A stretch of 62,990 nt of DNA, the filler included, from Rhabdomonas costata (Eukaryota): assembly GCA_019059605.1 (NCBI GenBank). It is 23 parts of 23 records of this genome, joined end to end, with 100 filler letters (N's around TTAATTAATTAA, not from the genome) between each part and the next. Parts side by side here need not be neighbours in the genome. Positions count along the whole stretch, not along the records: positions 49,395 to 52,034 come from JAHMHO010002524.1; positions 52,135 to 54,774 come from JAHMHO010002525.1; positions 54,875 to 57,513 come from JAHMHO010002526.1; positions 57,614 to 60,252 come from JAHMHO010002527.1; positions 60,353 to 62,990 come from JAHMHO010002528.1; 18 more parts are not named here. One strand, 5' to 3'. Shown here piece by piece: positions 49,655 through 61,339 of this stretch. A model generated the notes under the pieces. That model made no database searches. It saw only the letters and a list, made by a program, of their open reading frames with translations, and was not told the DNA's origin. A program made the translations under genes and the position numbers. Every line of letters starts with the position of its first letter. Position 1 is the stretch's first letter.

Positions 49655-51249
49655 GTTTTTGTTGGAATCCCTCAGATCCAGTATCAGCGGTATTGCTCAG
49701 GATGCCCCATTAGTGTCTCCTGTGGGGCCTGCGCCCCACAATGTGAGCGCTCCCCGCCCCAGCGATCCGCACGGCAGCGGAGGGTCCTCCAACCTCAGGG
49801 CGGTATTCCTGCACGTCCTGGGCGACGCCTTGGGCTCTGCACTTGTCATGGCTCTTGCTGGGGTCAGGCTGGCCCTGCCGGAGCGCGAGGGGAGACTCAT
49901 GGTGAAATTCCTGGACCCCATCCTCACAACGATCATCACGGGGCTCATCCTGGGGTTTTCCATTCCTGTGCTTCGAAGAACCATGGCAGGTCACACCCCC
50001 TTTCGAATTTCCCGATCTCCTCACCATCCCACTTCACCCGCAATCTTTTTCTAAGTTAGCAGCAATTGCCCTTGCACCCTGGTAAGCGCAGTGGACAATT
50101 ATGCTCAGGAAAGGTTGAGCCTGCTTTCCTCTTTAACGTGTACCGACGATAACCGTTTGTCTCACAGTCTCAATTCCCCGCTTGGCTTTCCATCATAACG
50201 TCGACAGGTCACCTCGCGTGAAACCCTAACCTCATGTTGCGATGGGGAAGCAGTGCGCGATAGAGCCGCCAAAATGTGGGGCACGAACTCGTGTTTCTTA
50301 TGTGCAGTCAAAAACGTCCCAGAGAGTTTCTCTTCACACCAGCACCGCACTTTCTCGAGGAAAAGGGGCAATCCTCTTTCATGTTCCCCCGACCCACCTC
50401 CCCTATTGTTGCGCAGTGATGATGCAGGCCGCCCCGCCCCAGCTCGACGTCGCGGCTCTGCGGGGGGGCCTTGCCCAGGCCGTGCCTGAGGTAGCCCGTG
50501 TGGAGGAGCTGCACGTGTGGGAGCTCTCCGAGAGGGCACCCGCGGTAGGCTCAGTGGTGGTTGTGGTGCGGCAGGGCTCTCCGGACAGCGCCAGCTTGAT
50601 GCAGACTGTGGAGAGGGTATTTTGTTTGGAGCGGGTGACGATGGGGATGGTGGAGGGAGGTTGCCTCGCAGTGGGATCTGTTGCGTGTATGTATATTAGT
50701 CTGTGTGGTAGGCAGGAGTTCGTCCGCCGTTTCGGCAATCACGTTGTCAGTGCTGTGGTAAACCTTCCGCCGCATGATGCAAGAAGTGCCGCAAAAGGAT
50801 ACCAAGAGGCACCAAGGAGCACCATAACCGGTCGAGAGTGAAAGGCCAGAAAACGCTGGCCCTAAGGATTGGTCCGGAGATCGAGACCTGCTTCGCTCCG
50901 TGTCAGTTAATCCATGTCCGGCATAGCCCTCAACTCTGGTGTTTCGGTTTGGATTTGCCGTATGGATGTGGATTTTTTACCTCGGCTTTTGAATCCCAAC
51001 AGCTGTGTGTCCCCTAATTGAAATTTGGGGTGCTCACAGCTGCGGCAGTACTTCGAGGAGCATCGGGTGAAAGTCAATGTGGAGCCCCGGCTGGAGGAGC
51101 CTGGGGCAAGCGCGGTCTTTTCTCCGGCGGTAGCAGTTGACATGCCCTTGGACGTGCCTTGCTCCGGAAAGCTGCGGGGGTGTGCCGCGGGCTGTGGGAA
51201 CTCATCCTGCGCCTCCGGTGCGCCGGACATCCTGCCTGTTCCAAGTTAG
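49655..51249 (+). CDS. Cation diffusion facilitator (ZnT/SLC30, ZRC1/COT1-like) zinc transporter; C-terminal exons
   Basis: Exons ~49655-49989 (NLRAVFLHVLGDALGS...LDPIL), 50417-50616 (MQAAP...ELHVWELS) and 51040-51249 (Cys-rich tail, TAG) join in frame with GT-AG. Confidence 0.9.
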
Positions 51250-51933
51250 TCCCCCATTCTGGCTGTCCTGTTGACCGTCGAATCCGCGCCGGCTTCGGCT
51301 GTGTGCCTCAGTTCGGCTCCAGTCGTCAATTTCTTGGGCATCTCAAAACTGTATACTATGCGCTGCGCACGCCAGACGTGGCGCATCCGCGGCTCACACG
51401 CGGGAGCCCGCCGTGCGCATTTGCCTTACCTTGTGTGAAGGGGGGGGTGCTTCGGAAGAAGGGAATGGCAGAAGAGCACGAAAGCCTCGACGCGCAGATA
51501 TCTGAGGTGATGGCCGTTTAAGTTGTCTTCTTCACGAGTCGACTGACGCGCATGATGTGTTACCTTCTTACTGAACTTGAAGGATTGTCATTGGGCTCGG
51601 TTTTTTAATAGGAAGATAAAGCAGGCTTTTTGTTTTGGGTCTGGACACGGGTTGACGGGTTGTGAACAGGGCGGAAGGGACCGCGTTTGCTTCCAAAAAT
51701 TCAATCGAATTACGCCCTGTATGAGAGAGTGACTCATGTTTTTGATCTTTGCAAGGGGCTACTCATTCCTCTCTACCCATTCCCTCACATCGCCACCGGT
51801 TTGTTTCCTGTCTTCGCTTTTTTTTGTTATCAAAAGGGTCGCTATTGTTCTCTTTCTCGAACACGCGCATGAGCGTGTGTGTTTGTGACTGTCTTCTATC
51901 GGGCTACTTCCTTGGCGTGTTTTCTTTTTGGGT

Positions 51934-52026
51934 GGCATCCGTGGAATGACGTATATTGCCTGAACGCGGTCAAAGAGCTTGTCAGAGAGAGACTGCATTG
52001 GCAATATACGTCATTCCACGGATGCC
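51934..52026. repeat. Perfect 27-bp inverted repeat at contig end (51934-51960 / 52000-52026)
   Basis: GGCATCCGTGGAATGACGTATATTGCC and its reverse complement, with a 39-bp spacer. Confidence 0.9.
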
Positions 52027-52230
52027 CACAAAAANNNNNNNNNNNNNNNNNNNNNNNNNNNNNNNNNNNNNNNNNNNNTTAATTAATTAANNNNNNNNNN
52101 NNNNNNNNNNNNNNNNNNNNNNNNNNNNNNNNNNGGGGGGTGTGGTGCTTGTGGTGATGGGTGGTGTCGTGGATGTCTGCGGGTGCGTCGACGTTTGATA
52201 TAAACTGAATAGATCCTCCCCACTCTTCAG

Positions 52231-52828
52231 GGGTGCTTGTGGCGAACAAGGCCGACCTTCGGGACCGCATCGCAGTTCCCTCGGTGCTGGGAGAAAACTT
52301 TGCAAAGACCAACGGGCTGGAGTTCGTGATGATCTCCTCGGTGACAATTCTATCTATTCTGCCCTTCGGGGGGAAACACTTCCTGACACACCCATGACAC
52401 AAACCACCCACCGGCGAACACGGTTTTGCCCATAGGAAAGGAAGGGCACAAGAGAGCCGGGGCTGTTGCTGTTGAAGGAGACTGTTGGAGCATCAGTGCC
52501 GATTCCGTTGTCCATTCGGCGCAACTTTCTTTGTTCTAATCATTGCGGTCGCTGCGATTCGTGCCTAGTACTTTTTCAAATTGGCGTAAGGCCTCGAAAC
52601 TGCAAAAGGTCGTCAGCCAAGTCTGCGCGAGAGCAATACAGGGACCAGAGCGGGCAGAGTGGGCCAAAATAGTTTATTTTTGTCATGCGCACATCACTTA
52701 TTTGTGGGTTTTTGTAAACATTTCAACAGACCCAGCGTTCGGACGTTGAGCTGCCGTTCCAAGCCATTGCGAAGAACTTTCACCGGATTTACGAGGAAAA
52801 GGTGAAGGCCCTGGGGGATAGCAAGTAG
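52231..52828 (+). CDS. IFT27: IFT27/RABL4 Rab-like small GTPase; last two exons
   Basis: Exons 52231-52340 (GVLVANKADLRDRIAV...FAKTNGLEFVMISS) and 52730-52828 (TQRSDVELPFQAIAKNFHRIYEEKVKALGDSK*). It has the NKxD motif, the IFT27-type tail PF..IA..F...YEEKV, and no prenylation Cys. Not in the ORF track. Confidence 0.8.
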
Positions 52829-53471
52829 CCTCCGCAGCCAGCGATGCCTGCCAGGGGTGCCTCCACCAGATGCGCGGCGTGCATGTCGGGAAGGAGGCAG
52901 GGGTGTATAGATTCGCCTCTCTCCCCCTTGCGGAGGGGCTAAGGACCGATTGGGGAGGGGGGGCTGCAATCTTCTGAAACTCTTTGCGTCTTTGCTTTTC
53001 TTCGTGTGATTTTTGTTTGCTGCACTACTTCGTGTCATTGTATGTTCCCCTGTTGAATCCCTCGAGATCAGTACACAAGCAGTCAGCACGGAATAGGCAA
53101 TGCCAACCGCTTCACGCTTCACACCTGAGAGCGACCTGTATTAGGCTATTTTTCAATGCCAAAAACAAAAGGGTGAAATCGGAAGACAGATTGGAAGTGC
53201 TGCCGGTGAATTTAATGCCGCTACAATGGTTAGGCAACCCTCTTTGTTCTGCTTTTCTGCTTTTCTAGCTAATTTCCATGAGAACTAACTCCAAGAACGT
53301 TTCTTTCGGACTTATCCTCATCTTTCAGGTTTGTCAGGTCAACTTCTGGTTTACAGAATTGAAGTTCCTCATTGGAAAGAACATTGCGAGTGAAGAAGAC
53401 AAAGAGGAAACGAGGGAATTCAGGTTTCCAGGTTGGCAGAGTGAGAGTGTATCGACCCGCTCGCGGGAGCG

Positions 53472-54774
53472 ATGGTCTCCACGGCGGCTGCAGTGGCAGC
53501 TTCTCCCGGGAAGTCCCCGCGGAAGGCCCCGGACGCCACCAAGGTGTGCCACAAGGTCCCGACCCCCATCCACCCTCTCTGGCTTTCAACAGGCGCTACC
53601 CCCAAGCGTGTGTTCACGTGCGCACTGTCTCCACAAGCCCGCACACTTGGGGTTCATTGTTGCGTTTGGTAGGCCGTTTTGAAGGATACGAACTTCTTCG
53701 CCAAGAAGCAGTACGCCAACCAGAAGGAACTCATCAGCCGCCTGCAGCTGCTGCAGGGGGTCTGTCTCTTTGCTGCTGTTGAGTGTTTTCTTCAGCAACC
53801 AGAAGTTACCCACTGTGTCTGTGGTGGAAGACACTGCGAGGAATCGCTTCGGCACTTTTAGGCTTAAAATGGAAAAGGGCATAAATTTGATTCGCTTGCA
53901 GATTTGTGTTGCTTTGATATGTTTCGTCTTTCCATTTTAACCTGTGAATCTGAGATGGCGGAAGGAGTGCAATCGTTCAGGCAGGTTTGGACCATGTTCA
54001 TTGCGCATGGTAAGGATGGGAGAAAGGTGACACAAGAGACTGCAATACTCATTGGATTAGTTGGATTCGGTGTGCTTTGGCAGAGCCTTCGGGAGGCTCC
54101 CGAGGCGGAGGTGCCCATATACTCCCCTGACCTTGCCAGAGCCTTGGCCTCGGAACACTACGTTCGGGCCGGTGCGAAGGATGTGCAGCTGCTGGTGGCC
54201 TGTATCATCGCAGGTTTTTTTCTACTCTAAACCTCTTTGTAGGCGCGGGAGATGATGGAGAGTCCGGCCTGCGCACCGCGGAGCGCCGTGGGATGGCTTT
54301 TTGGAACCAAAGGGGTTGGATCTGCTGGTAGCTATTTACTTTCGGCTTGTGAGGGGATCTTCTCTACTTCCTCAGCCCGTCTCCCCTGTCGTTTTGTTCG
54401 CATCCCCAGTTGCTTTCTTGCCTGTCTCCCCTCCCTGTGACTGTGGTCGACGTTCTTCTACGAGTGGTTGTCATTGAGTTCAAAAAACTCCGAACTTTTT
54501 GATGGTCAACGTAGTCATCAGCTGACACCTAACTCATCACGCCCGCTACCAGAGTCAGGGATCCTGATGGACTGGGCATGCCCTTGACACTCACCCCATC
54601 TCAACCTTTCTCACAACCTCCTCTCATAACATCCCTATTCAAGGTATTTTTCCAATTCCCACAAAGCCGAGCTCGCATCTTTCTGGCAGATGTGTTCCGG
54701 CTGTCGGCCCCGGAGCACCCCTTCAGCGCAGAGCAGCTGCTGGAGATCTTCCGGCTGTGGCTGCACCACACCCC
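53472..54774 (+). CDS. PDS5: Sister chromatid cohesion protein PDS5; first four exons, truncated by contig end
   Basis: Exons 53472-53543, 53673-53759, 54084-54213 and 54690-end join in frame: ELISRLQLL...KDVQLLVACIIADVFRLSAPEHPFSAEQLLEIFRL, matching PDS5 VxxxVACCxADIxRxxAPxxPY...LxxIF. Confidence 0.85.
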
Positions 54775-55263
54775 NNNNNNNNNNNNNNNNNNNNNNNNNN
54801 NNNNNNNNNNNNNNNNNNTTAATTAATTAANNNNNNNNNNNNNNNNNNNNNNNNNNNNNNNNNNNNNNNNNNNNGGTCGGGTGTGTTTGGGGGGTGTGTG
54901 GGTTCGCTGCTGCTTCTGTCGACGTGGGCCCTCTTCTGTGCTGTTCCTTCCCGTTTTCGCGTTTGCCTGCTTGCCTTTTCCGATACCACTGTCGGTGCTT
55001 GAGATATGGGCTATCTCTCAATCCTGGGATGTGGGGCTTCATGCACAATCCTGCACAAGATTTGTATGAACACGTCCCTATCTCTGAGGGGCGAGTGACG
55101 AGCCAGCGCATCAGCCTGCTTGCCTCAAATTTTGGCGGTACCGCAGCGCAGAGTGAAAAATCGCCTGCAATCTGACGGTAGATTGGCCAAAAGTGCCGGG
55201 GCGACCTCCTGTTTTAGCCCCTTCCCCCCCATTCCATCAGCTGGGATCACTCGCCACCGCCTC

Positions 55264-55294
55264 GAACCAATGGAACCAATCGAACCAATGGAAC
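55264..55294 (+). repeat. 9-bp tandem repeat GAACCAAT(G/C) x3.5
   Basis: Read directly from the sequence. Confidence 0.85.
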
Positions 55295-55507
55295 GTGAAG
55301 TGGCAGCACGACGCTAGGTACAAGCAGTCCCACAAAGCACTTCCACAACATGTGCCACAGTAGTTAGGGTAAAGGATGAGGAAGAGCGGAGGGCGTGGGT
55401 AAAGGGCGGACGAAGTGTGGGAGGGGACTGGCAATTCCTAACGCTGCGAAATTTTGGTCGTTCATGTTTTGTGTGCCCTCCCGTCCTTTTTTCTGAAGTG
55501 AAAAAAA

Positions 55508-57022
55508 ATGGCCTTTCGAGGATGTTTCTTGGGGAAGCCAGAGCTTTTTCCCCTCCGGTGGCGACGTTTCCCTGGATGCTGGCTCATCTCGCCGCCTCGA
55601 AGTGCCAGAAACCTTTCGACATCCTCAGAACATTCTGATAAGATCATCACTCAGTTTACAAATCAGGCCCGACCTTTCCAGGACTTCAAGCCCCATGCCC
55701 AGAGTGATACTCTCGACATATTCGTGCGGCTTGGGGTTTTGCAGCCGTCACACCGAGTGCTTGACTGCGGATGTGGTCCGGGAATTGTCAGCAGACACAT
55801 CGCCAAGCATGTTACTTCCGTTGTTGGACTGGACTTGACCCCCGCAATGGTGAACTTGGCCACGGCTGAGACTGCTCGCGAACAGGGGCTCTCCAACAAG
55901 TGCCTTTTTCTGTGGGGCGACATCTATTTGTTGCCCTTTGCGGCCAGCACCTTTGATGCTTCTGTCTCCAGGTGCTGCAATTGCATTTATTCACAGATTT
56001 AGGTGGCTGGGGGGGCGACCCACAGAAAAGACAAAAAGAAGCCCGATAAAAATGCAGATCTTTGATGAAAAAACACCAAGATATTGACAGTTACACTTGA
56101 AATCCTTGAAAAGTACCCCGTGAAGGGGCTTGGGTGTCGAAATTAGTTAGGTGCGAATGGTGTTAGACAAGACTCGCCTGTTGTCTGAATGACTTGAGCC
56201 CACGCATAAAGTTGGGGGTGGGACGTCTGAGAAAGCGCAAACGGCAGATGGTGAGCCAGTCACTACTGAAATGCGCGCTTCACAGAGATTAGGAAGAACG
56301 ATAAATCACTTGCATCGCAGAAATCACTATACTTCACGACAATCACTGGGGCACATTATATCAGGTTTCTTTTCCTGCGGAGATAAGGAGAAAGTTACGA
56401 TGACGACGGGCCCTGTCCGAAGAAAAGCAACGATAGCGGAAGTGGATCCAGTGTTCTTCGCTTAGCGAAAGAAGCAATGGAGACGGGTGGGGAGGGTAGG
56501 GGGTGATGGAGGTGCAAGGCATAGCCCCATCAGGAGAAAACACTTTGTTGCCCTGTTTTTTTCAGGTACGCATTTCACCACTTGTTGGATCCGCTCAAGG
56601 CATTTAAGGAAATGCTCCGCGTGACCCGTCCCGGGGGTCGCATTGTTATTCTTGACGCATCCCCGGAACCCACGAAGCAGGCCGCATATGACCGCTTCGA
56701 GAAGCTTCGGGACGCTTCACACGCATCTGCTCTGACCCAGCAGCAGCTGAAAAGTCTGGGTGACTCTGCGATCGCCACAGGGAAGCTTCTGCCGGATCCC
56801 GTGGTAACTTCAATGGAGTTGCTGGTGGACGCCCAGGAGTTGCTCTCCACCACTCTTCTCGACGGGGAGGTCAGAAATATGCTGCTGAAGATGCTCGAGG
56901 ATGATATCGGGGTGGACTCGCTTTCTTTGAAGGCGTGCCGTGACCCGTCGAATGGCCGCGTGCACTTCTTCTATCCGTTGACCTCTGTGTGTTGGGTGGT
57001 TGGAAAGACGGGTGAGGGTTGA
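55508..57022 (+). CDS. Class I SAM-dependent methyltransferase (Methyltransf_11/UbiE-like); apparently complete, two exons, possible mitochondrial presequence
   Basis: Exons 55508-55971 and 56566-57022 join in frame: VLDCGCGPG, VVGLDLTPAMV, GDIYLLPF...FD..VSRYAFHHLLDP...EMLRVTRPGGRIVILD. The N-terminus is Arg/Ser-rich and acid-poor. Confidence 0.9.
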
Positions 57023-58449
57023 GGTTCCCCTCATCCCGTGTGTAAGTCCTCTCGAAAACGAATACCTCTACTGCTTCATCCTGCGGTTTCTCTTTGTGTA
57101 CCGCTGGTCATGCATCGGGGTGACGTACTCCTTGGATTGTTTTCTAAATCGTTCTTCTGGTTGGTTAAGGTTGGCTTTGGAATTTTCTTTCAGTTCTTTC
57201 TTTCACATTTTGTTTTTGGGAAAGTCTTGAAGATTTTTTTCTTCACTGATTGCTGGCACCCCGTCTGCGAGGGCATTCTTGTTGGAATCGTCCTGTTGAT
57301 GCCGACTTTTTCTGACATTTTTTGGGGGGAAGCGATGTGCTGCAGGTGTGGTTGATTTGGGACTCTGGTCATCCACAGAAGTTTGTTCATGAGTTTTTCT
57401 CGATTTAAGATTCGGCAAGAAAGGCTCTCATGGGCAAAATCGGGACCCACATGAAAGGATAAACATGAAATGCTATATGTAAAAATGGTGCAATTTTGGA
57501 CAACACCAACCACNNNNNNNNNNNNNNNNNNNNNNNNNNNNNNNNNNNNNNNNNNNNTTAATTAATTAANNNNNNNNNNNNNNNNNNNNNNNNNNNNNNN
57601 NNNNNNNNNNNNNTGTATCTAGATGTTGCAATCAATATTGTCATGTTACTCAAGTGTAAGATCGACTTCTTCAAATAATTTTGGTTTGAGAAAATAAACC
57701 AGAGTGACAGCAACTGTAAACGCTGTCTAGACTGTAAGGGTACTGTTTTCTCCAACGTCGATGGCCACCATGTTGTAATAACAGTAGTATTAAAGAGAAA
57801 ACAACTCTGTTTGCTCCGGAAAAACAATGGGTGGTGTGTGCTTTTTGTGTTGCTGTTCACTAAGTGATGTTTTGTGGTATGCGGATAATGTGAAACTCAT
57901 TTTTCTCCGGCTTTACCGGACCCAAATATCCCAATCCATGTGCTGGTTAACCGAATGAAATGCAGACTTAAAAAACCGCACGAATTTTCTCATCTTCGGA
58001 ATTTTTCCGTTGCAGCTTTGTCCCTGAATTTGTGTTGTGTAAACAAACAATCTGTAGCGACATTGTGGACCGTGATCCATCTTGTGCTTGGCCACTGGTT
58101 GGCTGAGCTTCCGCGGTATAGTTGGCTTGAATCTGCCCCGCTTAAGGTTTCAAAGTACTTTGGCGTTAAGAATTACGGTGTTCGGATACATAGACCAGTA
58201 TGTTGCCGCTGCACAGATGGTTAGAAGTGCTACGGTGTGATCACATCTCCAGTTGTAGGATTGCATCTCTTGCCGCGTCATTGCTTCTGATGCGATTCCC
58301 ACCAGTTTGTTCAAATTCACATCATTAAGCAAGTCTTTTGTCAACATATACCTATGTTTTCATGCCAAACCACGCTTAGTGCCATGTCTCTTTAACACGT
58401 CCCCGTGGTTGTGGTTGGACACCAAGCAGAATAACCGGTGCAAACAAGG

Positions 58450-60220
58450 CCGCAGGACCAGTAAACAAATAAATTGAACGAAAACACTACAAACATGGAC
58501 GTGTGTGTTGGCCTTGTGCCTCCGAAAATTTGGGGATTATGGCCACGTACCACTGCTGCAGCTCCGGCTGCCAGGAACAATCGAGCTCAAAACAGTTTAG
58601 CAGGTCTGTTACAGCCTGCAACATTGTATCCGGGAAGGCATTCAAGATGGCCATCAGGAACCCACGGCGCGTGCACACATGGTGCCCAAGACCCGTTTGA
58701 AACGTTTTGACGTCTAAGCCTCATGGTGCCACGCGAGTATTGGGATGTGGGCGGCAAAGTGTGACGCCAGAAATGTCGCCCAACGCTCTGCCTGGTTGAC
58801 TCCCGCATGTCGATTTCACACCACCTGCACAAGAAGTACTGCATCTGTTGGTCCACAGAGGCCACGGAACATTACAGAATGGGGACGGATCTCCAGGAGC
58901 CAGCGGTATAGGACCACGGGCGCCTTCTGCAAAAGTTTATGGAGCATATCTCGCCACCGGGACTGGCGCTCGGTGCGTTTGGTATGTAACGTGTTGCCCA
59001 GAGACAGCCAAAATGCCAGAAGTTGCGTCTCCACACACTGAAGCAACGCTGGCCGGTTCGTGGTCTGGAGACTGATGCGGCGGAGGTCGGCGATGACGGA
59101 CAGCAGTGCGTGGGATCAGCTCCCAACCACTTTTTTGCGGAGAATCAGCAATCTGGAGCTGCAAAGGAGATCAATCGAGCGCCGACTGTGCCGGACCTCT
59201 GAGGATGCATAGGCAAGCCGCTGGTGGACGGCCCCTTACGTCTCGGCGCTCTCCCGCCTATTGGACGAGCGCTTCAATGAACGCCGAGATGGCGGAGGAG
59301 CGGCGCGCACCAGATTCAGTGGACGGCAACCGCTACAGGATTAGAAATGCGTCATGAAGCTGCAAGCGCTCGATCAGTGCGTGCCAGTCCGCCGACTCCT
59401 GGAGCACCGACGGCCCCTGAAGAAGCACCGCCGGAAGATGGAGGCGTTGAGCATACCAAAAAAGACCAAGCGGATGCATCCACAGTTAAACCACTACCTG
59501 GAAGTGGCAGCCATCCATTACACCGGAAGCGGTGGACACCGTGGCCACCACGGGAATTGCGGAGTGCGAGCCGAGGACGAGATCACAGCGGGACCACCCA
59601 GTGGAACCATCTGCGCGTGCCAAACGGAAGGTGGTATCCAACACCAACTGGCACAGGGCGCGGTGTAGGTCAATGAACTGAACGCCCGGCGCTGCTCGCC
59701 AGCGCTATAGTCACGTTGTTGGGATCCACGGAGCCATTGAAGTCCCTCATGAGCAGCGTGCGGACCTGGAAGTCCAGACGACACCACGGACCACACAAAT
59801 CGCCAAGGAACGCTTGCCAAAATCCCGCGTCCCGCGCGAGTGGTGCATAAAGCGAGAAGAGCCGCAGGCCGCGAGGAAGGTACAACCGATGGGGGACATC
59901 TACCGCGTTGGCCCGCGCCATGGCGTGGAGTAGACTCCACGCCGGGCCACTGGGCAGGAGCGGAGATACCGCAGGCGCGGTCAGGAAACCTACACCACAG
60001 TGGTCTCCGTGACTGCACGCTCTTGTGGCGGCCACATGGTGGCCATGGTGAAATGTCCATCATATGCGACGGAGCGCGCCACGCGTTGCCTAGGATGTGT
60101 CGAGTGTTTTGTTTATTGGAGAGCGACCACCTGGAGGTCAACTGGAATGAGTGGAGCCAAGCGATCCTGTACCCACCAGAACACATTCCAGGTGCCCACC
60201 CGCAACAACCGCGTTGAGGA
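58450..60220 (-). mobile_element. Degenerate non-LTR retrotransposon (APE endonuclease + start of reverse transcriptase)
   Basis: Minus-strand motifs in LINE ORF2 order: LRVGTWNV, VVALQ*T (LQET), CGVGFL, SLYAP, LLMRDFN (GDFN), SRCDLVL, then the RT start LLNCF....WQPELQQWYVAIIPK...TRP. Many stops and frameshifts. Confidence 0.85.
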
Positions 60221-60352
60221 CACAGATGGTACCATGCCACAACACCAACCACNNNNNNNNNNNNNNNNNNNNNNNNNNNNNNNNNNNNNNNNNNNNTTAA
60301 TTAATTAANNNNNNNNNNNNNNNNNNNNNNNNNNNNNNNNNNNNNNNNNNNN

Positions 60353-61339
60353 ACCCTCGCACTGTTGGCACGATACCAGCTTGATGGAGCCGTGGGCGAT
60401 CCTGCGCTTGTACTTCGAGGCCGGCGCGGCGTCCGCGCTGGCAATCGCGGTGTCCACGGAGAAGTCGGAGTACACGAACAGGTCCTGCATCAGCATCTGC
60501 TCTGCCCCCGCGTCACTGTTGTTGTCCTCGGAGGGGGTCTCCTCCTGTGGAACACAACACCATCACTAGCTTGTACCCCGTCCACACAAAGGAAGCAATG
60601 TAGGAACCAGTTGTCCAGGGGCGTATTCTCCTAATTCCAGTGCCAGCGATGCTTACCGCCAGGTAATGTCTCGAGGACCAATCCGCCTAGCTCATGGTAG
60701 ACGGGGGAAAGAGCATCATCCTCGATCCCCAATAACCACACACCGAAAAAGTGCAACATCCACAACGCTTCACATCCAAAAGTCCCAAAATTGCAAACGT
60801 GGCGCAATTGCTTTTTTATTTGACTCAATGTGCCGCGCTCCCCTTGCTCTTGCCCCGTTCCAAGTCCCCACCCCGCCAAAAGCAAAAGAGAAAGGGAACA
60901 GGTCACAGGTAGACGGGCGCGAACCGTAGGAGAGGTGGGCTGGGTCTGCTGAGAGGGGTTCTGCTGAGAGCCCGGCGTTGGAGCGGTGGCGGTGGTGGTG
61001 GTGGTTGCGCCGGACTGCTCGGCCCCTGCGGCGTTGGCTGGCCGCGCAACCCGATTCGCTCCCGCGGGCGCATTCTTGTCAATGATGATTCGCCTCTGTG
61101 CCTTTGTTAAAAGGGATGCGGGTATGGGGGCAACTGTGCGGGAAAAGGGGGAGGCAGCAGGCTGTCCTGGTTAAAGATGGACAAGAAAATGGGACAAACA
61201 GAAATTGAAGATGAAAACACACCCGAAAGGAGGAAGTCTTGTATTTCGGCGAGCTGCGGCCGTTGGTTGAGCCCGCGGCCCCCATTCAACCTCTTGCGCT
61301 CGGCCCTGGACTTGGATACCTTTGCCTTTGCGGAGTTCT
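60353..61339 (-). CDS. Unidentified spliced gene; three or more exons
   Basis: AG/GT-bounded GC-rich exons ~61339-61225 (NSAKAKVSK...EIQDFLLS), ~61100-60925 (RRIIIDKNAP...QPTSPT) and ~60545-60353 (EETPSED...MQDLFVYSDFSVD...IKLVSCQQCEG). Confidence 0.5.
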
